Source: Raillietiella orientalis (lineage: Eukaryota). From it: a stretch of DNA of 64,000 nt. The stretch covers positions 496,001-560,000 of the forward strand of contig JAYWIR010000019.1 of the NCBI GenBank assembly GCA_036172245.1, given 5' to 3'. Position numbers and translations under genes: made by a program. A model generated the notes under the pieces. The model made no database searches, was not told the origin of the DNA, and saw only the letters and a program-made list of their open reading frames with translations. Positions 37,401-50,719 of this stretch are shown here, in pieces; the first letter of the stretch is position 1, and each line of letters starts with the position of its first letter.

Positions 37401-40400
37401 ATTCGTGAGTTCCGGTGCTTCGCAGCTCTCCAGTTCCGCGTTTGATATCTCTTGTCCAGAAAATGAAACTATCGAAAACAATTTTTCCGCTGTTCCTGTC
37501 GAAAAATGGTATTTCTCGATTCCGTTTTTTATGTACCGAAAAATTTTGCTCCTGCTTGAGGGATTTTTGATTTTCTTGGCACATTCCTTTTCTTTCCCCT
37601 CCCTCTCTGTATGGGCATGTGATTTTTGTTTCGCTTTCCAGCAGTTCTTCCATCCCTCGTCCTCCCCGTTCACGCAGTTCGAAAATTTCCTTCCGGTTCC
37701 TAAAAACTTGAACCGAAGGAAAAATTATTATTATTTCCTTCGTGTGTTTTTTTTTTACTTTACTGAACAAATACGACGATTGAACTTATGAAAAAAGAGC
37801 TCGTTACTCTTTCGGGTGATTTTTCCTTCCCCTTTGCAAATCTGAATGCTGTCAGTTATTTATTGCAGCGAAATTTTTCATCCTATGACAAATCTCCTTT
37901 TGCATGGATGAGGTGTGAAAGGAAAACAGAGCTATTTAACGTACGTCGTTTCATCGTTTTGTCTGAATATGTTCCGTCGACAGGGATGCAACACTTTGTG
38001 ACTTTCGAACCGTCTTTCAACCCAGTTTTTCCTTCCTGCATTTTCCAGTTTTCTTTTTCCCTTTTTGAATTGGCAATCAAATTGACGACGAGCTGGACGT
38101 TCGGCCTGGTGGTTCACGAGTTTCGCAAAGTTTCTTCCTTAGCTTTTGGAATGCACGGGGGCGTCCGTCCTGGATCGGGATCGCCACCCTACACGAAAGA
38201 CGGCGGCAGCAGCAGCAGCAAATGGCGGCTAACCCCACGCAGGCACTGATCAGGAGGACCGCTGGGTGCAGGGAGTGGACGGAGAGCCTCGACGTGGCCT
38301 CGGCCGCGAACCGCGCCCGTAGGCCTCGCACACCACTTCCGGGGCTATAAATAAAACAACAATGCGATTCTGCAGCAGGCGACAATGAGTGGACGGTTTG
38401 CCGAGCATGCGCGACACGCCTCCAACATGACTTAAACGTTTCGACGGTCCCATAAGCAGGAAAGCTCCGGGATTTTCGTGCTGTCCCGCTTTTTTGGTTC
38501 CCTCCTCCCCCCCTTCCTTTTTTCCCCTCCTTCTTTCGCTTCTTACGGAATAGCCAAGTGCTCCGGAAGATTCGTTCCCGAACGTGTTCGTCATAAAAAA
38601 GGACTCATTCCTGAGAACAGGAGTTCCAAATGCGCTCCGAGATATCGCGGGTGCTTTTCCGCGTTCCCTGCGCTAGGTGAGGAAGCAAACACTTACTGTG
38701 CTCGAGCACTCTTCCGAGTCGGGAGGGGGGGAACAAATGGAAGAAAAGAGGAAGGCTGGTTGCGTCGCATGGTATCACGTTGCGCTCGCGCGATTCGGCG
38801 GCAGCAGCTCGTGGACTCGGGCGTGCGACGGAGTGGCCGCCGATGTGCCCCTTCACGCGGTCGGGGGGGGAGCGGTGGTCGGCGAAAGATCCTTCCCCGA
38901 GTGCCAGAGGCCTGCGGGCGGGATCGGAAGGTAACTGCACCTTGAATCACGGAGGGGAAGGAAGAACCCGAGGGATTAAGGGGATCATGGTTGCGGAGGC
39001 ACGCTTCCCGATCTTCGGGACTGATGGGAAGATCGCGCGACTCCCAGGCGCGCGTCTTCTTTGCTCGAGAAGCCGACCGGAGCATCAGCCAGAGGGTTGT
39101 CTCTCCCCCGTGCCATTCGAAAGCGATTTCGGATGGCATGGAAGGGACGACCGAGGCCGACCTTCGCAGGAAAGTCCGAGAAAACTGTGATTGATGGTTT
39201 TAGTTTCCCTAATGTCTTCCAGGACCTCTGAGCCGTCTAGAAGCTTCCGATCACTGCGCTCCCTGCCTCCCATATCGATTGCAAGAGCGCCTGCTTCCCT
39301 CCCGGTCGGCACCTCGTCCTCATTCTTCCTTAGGACCTGGATGGTGCTTCCTCCGCCGCTTCCTTCGCTGCGCTCGCCTGAGTCAGTCCTCCGGCGCCGC
39401 CTCTCCCGACCTTGACACCCCTTTGGAAGCAGCAACAGGAGGCGGGAGGAGGGAAAAATCGCCGAGGTCCCCGCGGCCGCATCCGGGAGGAGCGCTGTTC
39501 CCACCGCTCGTGGGAGCACCGCGGCAAAGCAAGGTCGCCCGACTCAGAACCGCTCAAGTGCTGCGGCGAGTGGACGCTTGCGTGCTTTCGTTTCCGGCAG
39601 GAGAGTGAAAAAAAAAAAAAAAAGGGTAGGGGAGGGAGAGGTAAGGTGCGAGCAGCGGTGCTCACCGGGACGACGGCGGCTGCACGCGCGCGCGCGCTTC
39701 GGTCTCTGTCCAGCGCCTCCGTCGTCGCTGCGCGCGTGCGCGCTCTCTCCCTTCCTCTTTGCCCGCCCGCGGGCAGCGCTTCTCCACCGGAAGCTGCGAT
39801 CTTTCATCCCGAGTTGGTGGCTCAGGAGGGGGACAAGAAGCGGCGGGAAACGGAAGGGCGCCATTCGCTCTGGTAATCCCCCTGTAAAATAAAATAAAAA
39901 AAAAAGAAGGACGAATCCCTCGGGATTTTCCCAACTGAAGGCACCTAATTTCGGTAATGCCCCGGTGTCCCCAGTCCCATCATTACGCGCCCTTAATGTC
40001 ATCCGCGGAAGCCCAATTACGTTTTATGGCCTTCGGGAACGCGCGCTCGCTAGCGCAGGCACCCACGAAGAAGGGAAGTGTGGAGAGGGTGGGTGGGTTG
40101 CAGCGCTGCTCCCCCCCCCCCATCAAGATGTGCATAGAGGCAGCGGAGAAGCAGTTTCCTGCAGGGGGAAAAGAGGGAAAAGGGGGGAAGCCTCTGCGGG
40201 GGCGGTGTACTGAGTCCCATTGCATCCGCCTACCTGCTTTTCTCTCGGCCGGGGAGGGGAGCGCCTGGCTACAGGCCCCAGCGAAAGAGCGGTGTAGGGA
40301 AGAATCGACGGAGCAAAACCTTCAGGAATCCACTTCAGGCCCCCCGGGCTGCCCTTTCCGGAAGGCATCCCGCGGCCTGCGGAACCTCGAAGACTAACGA

Positions 40401-40955
40401 TCCGCGGTTCCCGTAAAGGGGAGGGGAAGGGACGGTCGCGCCTGGGGTCCGCATGCCGGCAAGAAAACTCGCGCCGCACTTCCGGAACCGCCGGACGGAC
40501 TCGTGCCGGCCCTCAGCGCAAGTTCCTGTCCCCCCTTCCCGCCCTTTACCCGTGCGGACTTGAGACAGGAATGAGACACGGCGCCGCGGAGTTTCCACGG
40601 AGGAACGGGAAACAAAAAGGGGGAGCTGACCCAGTTCCACCCCTCCCCGACCTAGGACTAAGGGAAGGGGCTGAAGGGGGGTACGTAGGGGGAGGAGGGG
40701 GAGAGACCGGGAAACTCGCCCTTTGCCCCGAAAGAAACTGTGAAAGGAGGATTCTGCCGACGACTCCCGGAAAAGGAAGAGATATCCCAGGTCGCTTCCT
40801 GGAAGCGGGAGTTCGGGACAGTTCCTCCCTTCCCTCTCGCCCTCATCGGCCTGTGGTCGGGAGACCCCTTTCCCCCATGCTCTCCCCCCTCCGCTCCACG
40901 CCACGCACCCTCGGGGAATGAGCGGGGATCGAGAAGCGCCGCGCGGGTCACTCAC

Positions 40956-41010
40956 CTGGGCAGAGGGCTAGCAGGGCGGTGGCGGGCAGGAGGAGGAGGA
41001 GGAGGCGCAT
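40956..41010 (-). CDS. Beat-family Ig protein, exon 1 (signal peptide, absent from the ORF track)
   Basis: GCCGCC-ATG start, MRLLLLLLPATALLALCP, then G|gtgagt. The phase-1 donor matches the phase-1 acceptor at 28428 and gives ...LCP-G-SSA|VRIT, a plausible cleavage site. This implies a ~12.5 kb first intron. Confidence 0.8.
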
Positions 41011-44000
41011 GGCGGCGGAGGGGGCGATCCTGTCGTGGGTCCCTCCGGAGAGGGCCGGCATCACATGCTCCGCAGAGGTTCGCGCCCCGGAGATCGCTGG
41101 CAGGGAGCAGCCCGGCGGCAGGAGAGACGGGTCGGGAGTGAACTCTCGCTCGGCACACGTCCGGGCGCGCGCGCACGCACGCGCTCCTCCTCGCGGCGGC
41201 GGCGGCGGAATCCGCGAAACGCCGAGACGCGGCAGCTCCCCCTGCTAGGCCTCCGCCCGCCGCCGCGCGCGCGGAAGCGGGCGGCAGCGAAGACACGCTG
41301 ACCGGTCCGCCACCTCTTCTTTCCCTCCCGCGGTCGGCGACGGTGTACGCGTGCGCACCGCCACCGCCTCCACGGAGACCCGACTCCCTTCTCCTCCTCC
41401 TTCCTTTTTTCTTTTTTTGAGAAGGGGAGGAGGGGGGGAGGACCATCTTTGCCTCCTCTAATTGCTCTCCGTGACCCTCGCACCGTGCGGCGGCGGGTCC
41501 TTCCATAATTACGCGGTGTCGCTCACGCGCTCTCCAGGAGGAAGAGTAGCAGCGGCGGCGCCGGTCGACCACCCTCCCCATCTCTGCCCCAAAGAGATTT
41601 TTCGTGGGAGGAACATTCGGGATGGAGAGAGAAGAGAGCCGCGGCAGCGGGTTCGGCCCAGCGCCTCTTACCGCCATCCTCTCCGGTTTTTCTCTGGGCG
41701 CCTCCCGTGCAGAAGGAGGGAGGCAAAGTGCTGTAGAGAGGGAGGAGGCAACTGGGGAGCACCAGAGGAAAAAGGATTTCAAAGGTGAAGAGGTGAAGGG
41801 GTGGGGAGAAGGCAGGGCGGTGTCACCGGTGGGCCGTGTGACGCCGCTTCCCGCCGCAAGTCTCCGGCAGTGGAACCGCCCTCTCCTTGCCCCGTGACGT
41901 GAACGGCGAGCGCGCGCCCACTCCTGCACCTATGGCTCTGAGCACCCTGCGCAGTCGTCCGCACACGTCTCGGCTCGTTCGCAGCCGGATGCTCGCCAGG
42001 ATGTCCCTCTAGGACTTCGCCCCTCCTTTCCTGCCCGGAAATTTCGTCCGGATGCTTGACCTCCGCGTGCGACCGCCAAGCTCTCTCCGTGTTGTGGAGG
42101 TCAGCGAAAAGGCCGACCTTTCCCGAATGAGATCAAGGAAAGCGGGAGCGGGTCTTAAGGAGGAGACTCTTCCGTGATAGGGACTCATGGCAGGGGAGGA
42201 TGACAGGATCGAACCCTACAGCTGCCCAGTTACTCTAATCCCTTCCTCTCATGGTCGGGCACTAGCGCGTGACCCCATGCCCTCTCACCTCGATGGCTTG
42301 ATGGCTTTCGCTGGAAGTCTTATCGTTTATATCATGCAATACCCGAAGGAACGTTCGTCTTTTGTGTCCGAGCCAAAATAATGTCGTTCGGAGCGTGTCT
42401 GTTTGTTTTTCACGATTATTTTTCTCTCTCCAAACAACAACGACGACGATACTCTATTTGGGTTTTGCATCCAGCAAGAGAGGATTCACGAGCTACCCCC
42501 TGTGCGGTCTCATTTTCGGACGCTTGACCTCGTTTTGCACAGCACGTTCTGTATGAATGTGGTCGCCAGGTTGCAATGGCATGCGGCTTGGTGAACCAAT
42601 GCAAAAGGTGGCGAAATAAACAGCAAGAGACACGAATGGGAAATGGGGAAGAGAAAAAGACATGCTTTGCAGATTTTGTTTTCTCTTCGCTCACCGGCAC
42701 GGTATTCCCACTCTTTTCCCACTGCATGGTACTTTCACGCTGCCGCAGTTGCAGGGCTTCCCCAGCGCAGTTTACTGCTCACATTTGCAACCACTTTTCA
42801 CTTTTCCTTACACTTTGTCAAGTGTCTTTTATTACTCCTTCCCCCCGGTCCCCCACACTTGGAAAATCTTCCCTCTTTTTACGTTTTAGTACTCCGCATC
42901 GGAAGAAAAAAATAAAAATATTCTTTCCACATGCACGCCGTTTCCCCTTTTCTCTCCCTAAGCGTTTTCACGTTGCCTTGACTACGCGGACTCTCCAACA
43001 ATGCTGCCGCTTCCCAGAACGCAGCTCCGTTTTCCCCAACGCACTGTTGGACTTAATTAACAGCAGCTGAAGCTGCTGAGGATCTACCAGGACTTCAGGC
43101 ACTGCTTTTCGTTTCCTTCATCTTTAATTGAGCCGAGATTGTTTTTGACCTACGGGAGAGAGGGGGAGGGGGAGAGGAGGAGATTTTTTTTTTTTTTTCT
43201 CCTTCTTCTTCCTCCTCCTTTCCTTGTTTCAAGGCATCCCCGCGAATTTCGGGTCCATCCGAAAATTTTTCTGCCGTGAAGTGCAGCCAATCAAAACGGA
43301 CTGCAAGTGTAATTAACAAAAAGACTCTGCCGGAGCGATCTCGGAAGTGGTAGAACAAACTTCAACGTATGCGAGGAATTTTTTGCTTTTTTTTTTTTCT
43401 CTCTCTCTCTCTCCTTCTTTCCACCGTTCATCGGCAACTTTTATCGCCTCTGTGAATAGCCACGTTGTGTGCTTTACAGCCTTGATGAAATCCACGATGG
43501 ATCAGCGAAGTATATTCCCTGCTTCTTTATCCTCTCATAGAAATACATGAATGCGGTGCTGAACGGAAAGAGTGCCTGCCATCTTTGGTTACCAGCCAAA
43601 GCATGGTACTCCGATGCTGCAATGAATAGCGAACGTATTTATCACTTCCTTTTCGTATTTACGATTTTCTTCCCTTTTATTTTTTTTTTCCTTCTTCTTC
43701 TTCCCCTCTGGCGTGCGCGCGTGCGTGCGCACCCGCGTTTCCTGGAAAACATCCTTACTACGAACCATATCGCGTAGAACGTGAGGATTGCTGGAACGGG
43801 TAATTTTCTGTCGCAAATGTGAAATGAGGTGACAGCAACCGGAACTCCCGGCGCATCTTCGCCCGTCCGTGCACCTAAGCATGTGCGAAAGTACATGTGA
43901 AGTCTCTCGACTTCGGCGGAGCCCAGAGACAGGCAGCGGCCGCTTCCATTCCAGTCGCGTATTTCCTCTTCTTCGACACGGAGCCCCCCCCCTCCCCCCC

Positions 44001-44185
44001 CATCCAAAGGAAAGAAAGAGAGGGGGAAAGGAAGGAGGAAGAAGAAAAAAACGCAGTTGTCGTAGGCACCAGAAGACCATTGAAAAGCGACAGACTTGCT
44101 GAAGTGTGGGGAGGGAGGAAGGAAGGAAGACAAAAACCGGAATGAAAATTAAACAAACAACTGAAAAAGAAAAAAAAAAAGGAAA

Positions 44186-44218
<33 letters not shown>

Positions 44219-45088
44219 TGGAATGGAAATACGTGATTTTCAAGTTTTTTCCTTTATCCAATCCGAGTGTGCAGCGTAGAAGCATCCCAAAGCCTAATAG
44301 CAGAAAATTGATACTTGCGGGTAGCATTCATCTCTCGATGCACTGCGATGGTCGGCAACGATGAAATGTGCGATTTTTTGGGGGAGAATATCGGTTACGC
44401 ACGAATGCCGGAATACCGGCGGCAGATGTGCAAAAGGATTGACACGGCTGCTCACCGAGCAGCCCGGAGTGAAGCGGACCTGCAATAAAATAAAATACAC
44501 CTATGCGGGCTTACCTCGCAGAAGGTGGGTCGGAGGACCTCCCCGGCGGTGCTGCCCGGGTTGCGGGGAAGGGACCTCAGAAACGGAAGCTTCCCCCCCC
44601 CCTTCCCCCCTCCACCCCCATCACCATCCCCCTCCCGGGATCGGCTCTGCCCGACGGCCGATGGGATGAGCGGGAAAAGGTGTCCCGGCGACGCGTCGAC
44701 TGCTCCTCTCGCTCGGTGTCGTGGGGACGAGCGGATTCCCGAACAACCGCGCGCTCACTTGACTCCCTATTAAAATCGGATTTCGAGGCATACGTTGTCC
44801 ATGTTTAAAGAAGCGTGGTTTGAAGAGGAAGAAGAAGATGGATTGGGTTCCTATATTGCCGCTAATGGAGTACGCCGACCGACAAAAAGAGGAAAAAAAG
44901 GCAGGACAAAAGAAAGTGCACGGACGCCATCTTCTGCTCCTTTTTGGCACAAGCTGGCCCCAGCGAATTCTGCGGGTGGGTGCAGGGGCACCCAACGGGC
45001 CAGCAGCAACAGATGCGCCAAACGAGTCCGCTTGCCAGCTGAAACGCGCCGATTTGTTTTCCTGGCGTTGTCATGGTGCTCCAAGCAG

Positions 45089-45119
<31 letters not shown>

Positions 45120-45499
45120 TCCCCTCCCCCCTCCCCCTTTGCTGTTCACGCACTGTTGATCTTCTTCGGAAGAAATTGAAGTGCAAATGAAAAATTGAGT
45201 CGAATGTGTCATTACATTTTTCATTAGTGTGCCACGGATACACTGTAACGCGCTAATTGACACGGGATGAAACGGAGAAACAAAGATCAAAAGGAAAGGA
45301 TGTTTGGTGGAGACGTGTGTACCCAAGTCTTGAATACGTTGAGGAATTCGGCAACGATCAGTTGTTGCACGCAGTCGTTTGCCAGCGTTGTTAATTAGCC
45401 TAGGAAGCGTTTTCTTAGCAGAGTTTCCTTGGTGACGTGGCTGGAAACAGAGAGGAAAAAAAAAAGCGGGGGGAGGGGGAGCTTCCACTTATTTCCTGT

Positions 45500-46100
45500 T
45501 GCACATGAACTCACAGGGACTGTCCACAAAATTTGGATCCTGCAGCTCAAGCTCTCAGAAAGAACGCTCGTTCGTGGCAGAAGATTTTTTTTCCTTTCTC
45601 TCCGACGATCCGTCGTCCTCTACGGACCCCCTTCTTATGCGTACTTTCTCGAGTCACGCCTGCCCCCAGATCTCAGAGGAGCTTGGCCTCCTTCGCCTTT
45701 TTCAACTTGCCCTGCCCTGCCCAGAGGTTCGTCCTTGCGCTCTTGAGCTTCGAGCTTGGACGCTCAGGAGACGGAACACGAAAGATCCCGTTGCCCGGGA
45801 GCTGATGAGCACTTCAGAGAATCCTCGGCTAGAATGGATGTTTCTCTCCTACTTGCCAGGAGAACGCTACTCCTCCTCCAAGCTCCTGCGAACCCCATGC
45901 GGCGGCCCAAGATAGCGCCGTCCCGCCGGTTGCCGCAGCATTGCCTGCCCTCAGGGCACGCCACGGTAGCAGCCGGCCGGCGGGGCGATGGGGAGTCCTC
46001 CGGAGGGACTGCAGGGGTCGACGGCTGCAAGAAGAGTGAATTGGTGGACGTTGGAGCCACCGCTCCTCGTTCCCGGGGGCTCCTCTGGTGGAGTGACCCT
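45500..46100 (-). mobile_element. Possible decayed LINE RT N-terminal fragment
   Basis: PAVPPEDSPS...GAILGRRMGFAGAWRRSSVLLAS...AEDSLKCSS parallels SAPG.DGI....FN.IL..G.FP.AWK.S.V.LI.K...P.SYRPIS. Confidence 0.3.
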
Positions 46101-46761
46101 CTCGGTGCGCCTTTCCGAGGAAATCGCGGTCCCTTCCTGCGACGCCTTCGCGTTCCCATAGCGGTGCAAACGGGACGCTCTGCCGCTCCCGCACGGGGGA
46201 GATTCCGGTTTGAGGCACCTGGTTGACGGGGAAGACGCATCACCAAACTGCTCCAGACGATGGGCGACGGGATCGTTCCCGCACATCCTGCCGAACTGCA
46301 TTGCCCTCCGGGCATTTGGCAGACACTCGCTTCGGCGGTCCGCCACCCGGAGGACACAGCCAATGACCTGCTGCCGCGCTTCTCCACGCAAGGAGGGGCC
46401 GACAGCAGGCACCGTGATGGCAGTGAGATGCCGCATCCGCTCCCTCGCCACCGTCCACCCCGTGATGGGGCCCCGTTCGCAGAGAAGGGATACCACCGGC
46501 ACGGCAGTCTCGTTGATGAGGACGGCTGCGAGATGACCTCACCTGCAAGAAGAAGAAGAAGAACAAGTCGCCAGGGAGACCACCAGCATCCAGAGCCGCC
46601 TGTAGGAAGAAAGGAGAGGCTAATCCAAAGACCCTATCCCTCCCTCCCTTTCCTGACTCTCTTGTAGTCCGGCCCCCGAGAGCTGGTGGTCATCTCCGGC
46701 GAACTTTCCCTTTGCAACTGACCTGTAACTTTCCGAGAAACGTCCCGGCGTGACCGGGAAC

Positions 46762-46860
46762 GAGCCTCATGTGGTCTGCGTTGGTAGCCGTGTAGCTACT
46801 ACGGTCTTCGCATGGGCGGCTCCGAGCGTCGCGGGTTCGAATCCCGCCCTGAGAAGAGGG
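46762..46860 (+). mobile_element. tRNA-derived SINE head or tRNA pseudogene
   Basis: A-box-like TGGTCTGCGTTGG at ~46772 and a perfect T-arm GCGGG-TTCGAAT-CCCGC at 46831-46847. No convincing acceptor stem. Confidence 0.5.
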
Positions 46861-49800
46861 GTCGACGCCAAGAGCGCGGGGTGCCCCGTGGGTTCCGAGT
46901 CCTTCCCTCATGATGACGCCGGCTGGACCACTCGGGTGCGGCATCGGTAGAAGCCGGAAACCCGTCGCATGCCCTTGTTGAGTGGCCTCCGGGATTGGAA
47001 GTTGACCCTCCGGGGTTCCACAAGGGGCCGAGGGCCTCGGCATTCCCATCCGGTTGGGAAGAGAGAGATGCCCCTCCCATCAGGGGAGGACCCCCCATCG
47101 CGTTCCGTGGAGCTCCCCTCGAGCGGTTGGCTGCGTCTCCAGAGCATCAAGAAGCGCGCTGCTCCCTTCGGGGAGCGCCCGCCCGAGAAATCGGGAAGCG
47201 TCCCTTCGGGACTCTCTTCAGAGGAGGAGGAAACGGGGAGCAGATCCTTTCCTGGGGGTTCCTTCCGGAGACAGTCAGGACGACGATGACCTTTGGTTGT
47301 TCCTTCCAGAGATAACCAGGGCAACGGTGACCTTTGTGGTTTCCTCCCAAGCGTAAGAGAGGCGGGTTCCTTCCTCCGGAGCCTTCCTGGGTTCATATGA
47401 TGGTCCCCTCCTGTGGCATCCCCTACCTGGAAGAGTTGCAGAGCGCCCCGCGCTGGCGTGGGACAGCGCTGAGGAGTTTCGTGGATCCTCCCTGAAGGGA
47501 CGAGTGGTTCTTCGGCACTTCTCGCGGATCCAAAAGAAAGGGAAACGGCGAAACCCCCGAAAGGAGTCCCATCATCCAAGGCCGCAGACGGCGGTCTCCC
47601 CCTGCGGTTGCTGCTGACCTTTTTTTGGAAAAGGGGGGAACCGACTGACCCGGGCGCCCGCCGCCTTCCTTGCCCGTCTCGGGGTCCCATCGCTGCCCGC
47701 CTTTCGGGAGGGGAGGGGATTTTTCCGAGCTCTCGGAGTCCCGTTCGGAGCACGATGATGAGGCCGGCTCTTTCTTGGGGACTGGCCGAATCGCCGCGCC
47801 CTACTTTCCCCCTACAGGACCCCTGTGGCTCTCCGCGCGGGGTTGCTTAGACTTCATTGCCTGGAGCCGGGATAACGAAGGCGTTCGGGAGCGGCTAACG
47901 GGAGGCTGTGGGAGAGATGGCGGAGCGGTGACCAGCCGTGCCTCCTCCGCAGGCTGCGCGCGCCTCCCCGTCCCCGGTCCGCCCGCCCAAGCGACGCGAG
48001 CAAATCCGCCGCGGACTATTCGGACCGAAGGTGGCGGTCGGCGAGCTTCTCGCCCTCCCGCCGTTCCCAGGACAATGCCCCCGAAGAGTCCCCGCCCCTC
48101 ACGCGTGAAAGTGACGTCCGACCGTGGTCCCGAACGCGCGGGACGGCCGGCAGACCGAATGCCGCTCACTTCTTTCCCGTTTCCGGGAATCGCGCGATCT
48201 CTCACAAGATGACGTGCTCAGAGGGGAATTCCAGACCCAGGCGGCGACGAGCACCCTGGTAGCGGCACGGGAAAGTAGGGGCCGCCTGCGAGGTGGATGA
48301 GGATGCCCGCAAGGAACGGAGGTGCCGGGGCACGTGCCCGCACGTCCCAGAGGGCCGCCGCCGCCGCACCCGCGGCTGCGTGCAGGCGGAGGCGCAGGAA
48401 GCTGTTCGAGCCGCTGCCCAGACGCAGTGGTGCGCGCTGGTTCGCCGCTGGCCGCGAGGGCGCTCGAGAGCGCCTGCGAGGGAGAACCGGCCGCCCTCCG
48501 GGTATCACGCGGAGGAGTCGGAAGACCAGGGGAGACGTCATCAAGATGGTGGACGGCGGCGGCGGCCCCGCTTACCCGGGGACGAGTCGGAGGGCTCAGG
48601 CCACCCACTCCCACCAGGGCGCTTCCGGGAGAGCTCCGCTCTCTCACCCAGCCCGCCTCCGCTGCCGTGCGTCCCCCCCCTTCCTTCTCCCCTCCCCTTT
48701 CCCGTCCGTTCCACCGGAAAGGCAGAGCGAGGAAGGCAGCGGGGCTCCACGCCCGGATGCCTTCGCCCGCCTCCTCATCTGGAGGGCGCGCGCTCCGCCC
48801 GCTGTCCGGGTGACGACCGGCGGCGGCAGTGGACCGGAAGGCCTCCAGGGCATCGTGGAGTGCGGGGGCCGCGTGGCCGGGACGACCGTAAGAGAGGAGG
48901 GTGTAGTCGGAGCCGGCGCCCTCAACGAGCCACGGCGGTCGCCAGCCTCTTGGCGCAGAGCGCTCCACGCCTCCGCGTCCGGCTATAACTTCGGTCCCAG
49001 ATCAGCCCTCCGGCTTCGGCTCCTTCTTTTGCTGTGCTCTTCCGGTGGCTCCTGAGATCGTCCACCCCCGGCACGTGCCGCGCGGAAGTCTCCCCTCCTC
49101 CCTTCCTGGCCTCGTCCCCCTCGCTCTGCCCCAGAGGGGTCTTGGTCCCCTTCATCCGGAAGACGCGGGCGTGACGAACCTAGCGGAGGGGGACGCCCTC
49201 TCCCTAATCACGCGGAGGAGCCTCCCTGGAGCTCGTCACGACGTGCCAGCTGACGTCAACATTCCCCCTGGGCGCGGCGGGTGTGGCGGGAAGGATAGCC
49301 GGAGGCGCTGCCTCCGCGTTTGCGCGCGCAAGTCCACCTGCGGAGTCCATTTTTTTCCCCCTTCTTTCGTTCCCGGTTCCTCTTCTTTCCTTCTCCCTGT
49401 TCGGTTCCACAAAGCCTTAAGGAAGCTTCTCCACCAGGGCGGCTCCACCTGAGCCGGCGGAGCCACCGCGGTAGCACCGAGAGGAAACCTCGCAGGCAGC
49501 CGATCGAGGGAGGGAGGGGCGGGAGAATGCATGCAGAGGCGGCCGAGCGCGCGCGCGCGCGGTCATCTCCACCGGCTCGCCTTTCTCCCAGGGGGAGGAA
49601 GGACGACTCTGTGGGTCGCCGATACCTTGTCGCCACAAGCCTGCGCGCGGACTCGCGCAGGGAACGCCCAAGGGCGTGGCGGAGAGGGCGGCGATGCCGC
49701 CCACTCCCCCTGGGAGTGGGGAAAAGGGGGAGGAAGGAGCGGCGGCTGCTCCGCGAGATCGGGCGTTCCTCCCGTCCCATTTTCGCAGAGAAAACAGGAA

Positions 49801-50719
49801 GTCGGCTTGGACGCGCGCAACCGAGGTCTAAGGGTGAGGCGGAGGGATGGAGCGCGCGTAGGGGCGCCGAACAAAAAGGCATCCCAGTCGGAACGCTGCC
49901 GCACGCAACGACATCGCTCCACGTCCCGGGAGGACGTCCCCCAGTGCCACCCAGAAGTCGCCTGAAGGAGTTCACCAGCGGCTTCCAGAATTCGTCTGAT
50001 GTCCTCCAGCGATGCCAGAATTCCCCTGAAGAGGTCCAATAGCGGCGTCCAGAATTAGTCCGATGTCGTGCTGCCGCCGCACTGCCTGCAGAGGCGTCCA
50101 GAAGTCCCAGGAGGCGCAAGACTTTGGTGTGCTCGCTGTTGGCGTCCTCGCTGCTCCGCGCTTTCCCGCCCTTCGTGGTGCGTGTGCGCAGACAGGCCTT
50201 TCTTTATCTTTCTTTTTGGAAAGGTCACGGAGAATGGGGCGTGGAGGAGGAATTCGGGCTGCGCTCTCAGCGCCTCACCTCGCCTGGAAGGGGAAGGCGT
50301 TGCGCAGGTTCCTTCCCGGTGCCCTCCTGGAACGGATGTTCCTGCTTCTCGCTCCAAATCCCCTCTCCTGATTTCTCACTGCCCCCTTCCGGATCCCTCT
50401 CCCCAGGAATGCCTCAGGGGATGGAGACCGGGAAGACCTTCCGCAGCACCGGCTGTTCTTGGCCGCTGGAGGGATAGAGGGGACCATTGATGGGGATCTG
50501 CTCTTCGGCGAGGATTCTCCTTCCGTGGACCTCGGCCCCTCGTCCGAATCCCCAGCTCCCCAGTCATCTTCTCGTTCCTCCCTGCTCCTGCTGTGCGACA
50601 ACGGGGATGCTCCCCAAGAGGGAAGAGCTCGGGAGCAGGGAAGTGGTTGGATAGAAACGAGCAAAAGAAACCTTCTCCTGGCTCTAAGAGTAGAAGGCGA
50701 CCGCGCAAGAGCGGCCGGG

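Noticed and set aside
46762..46860. Functional tRNA gene
   Set aside because: Only the T-arm and an A-box-like motif are present; there is no acceptor stem or clear anticodon arm.
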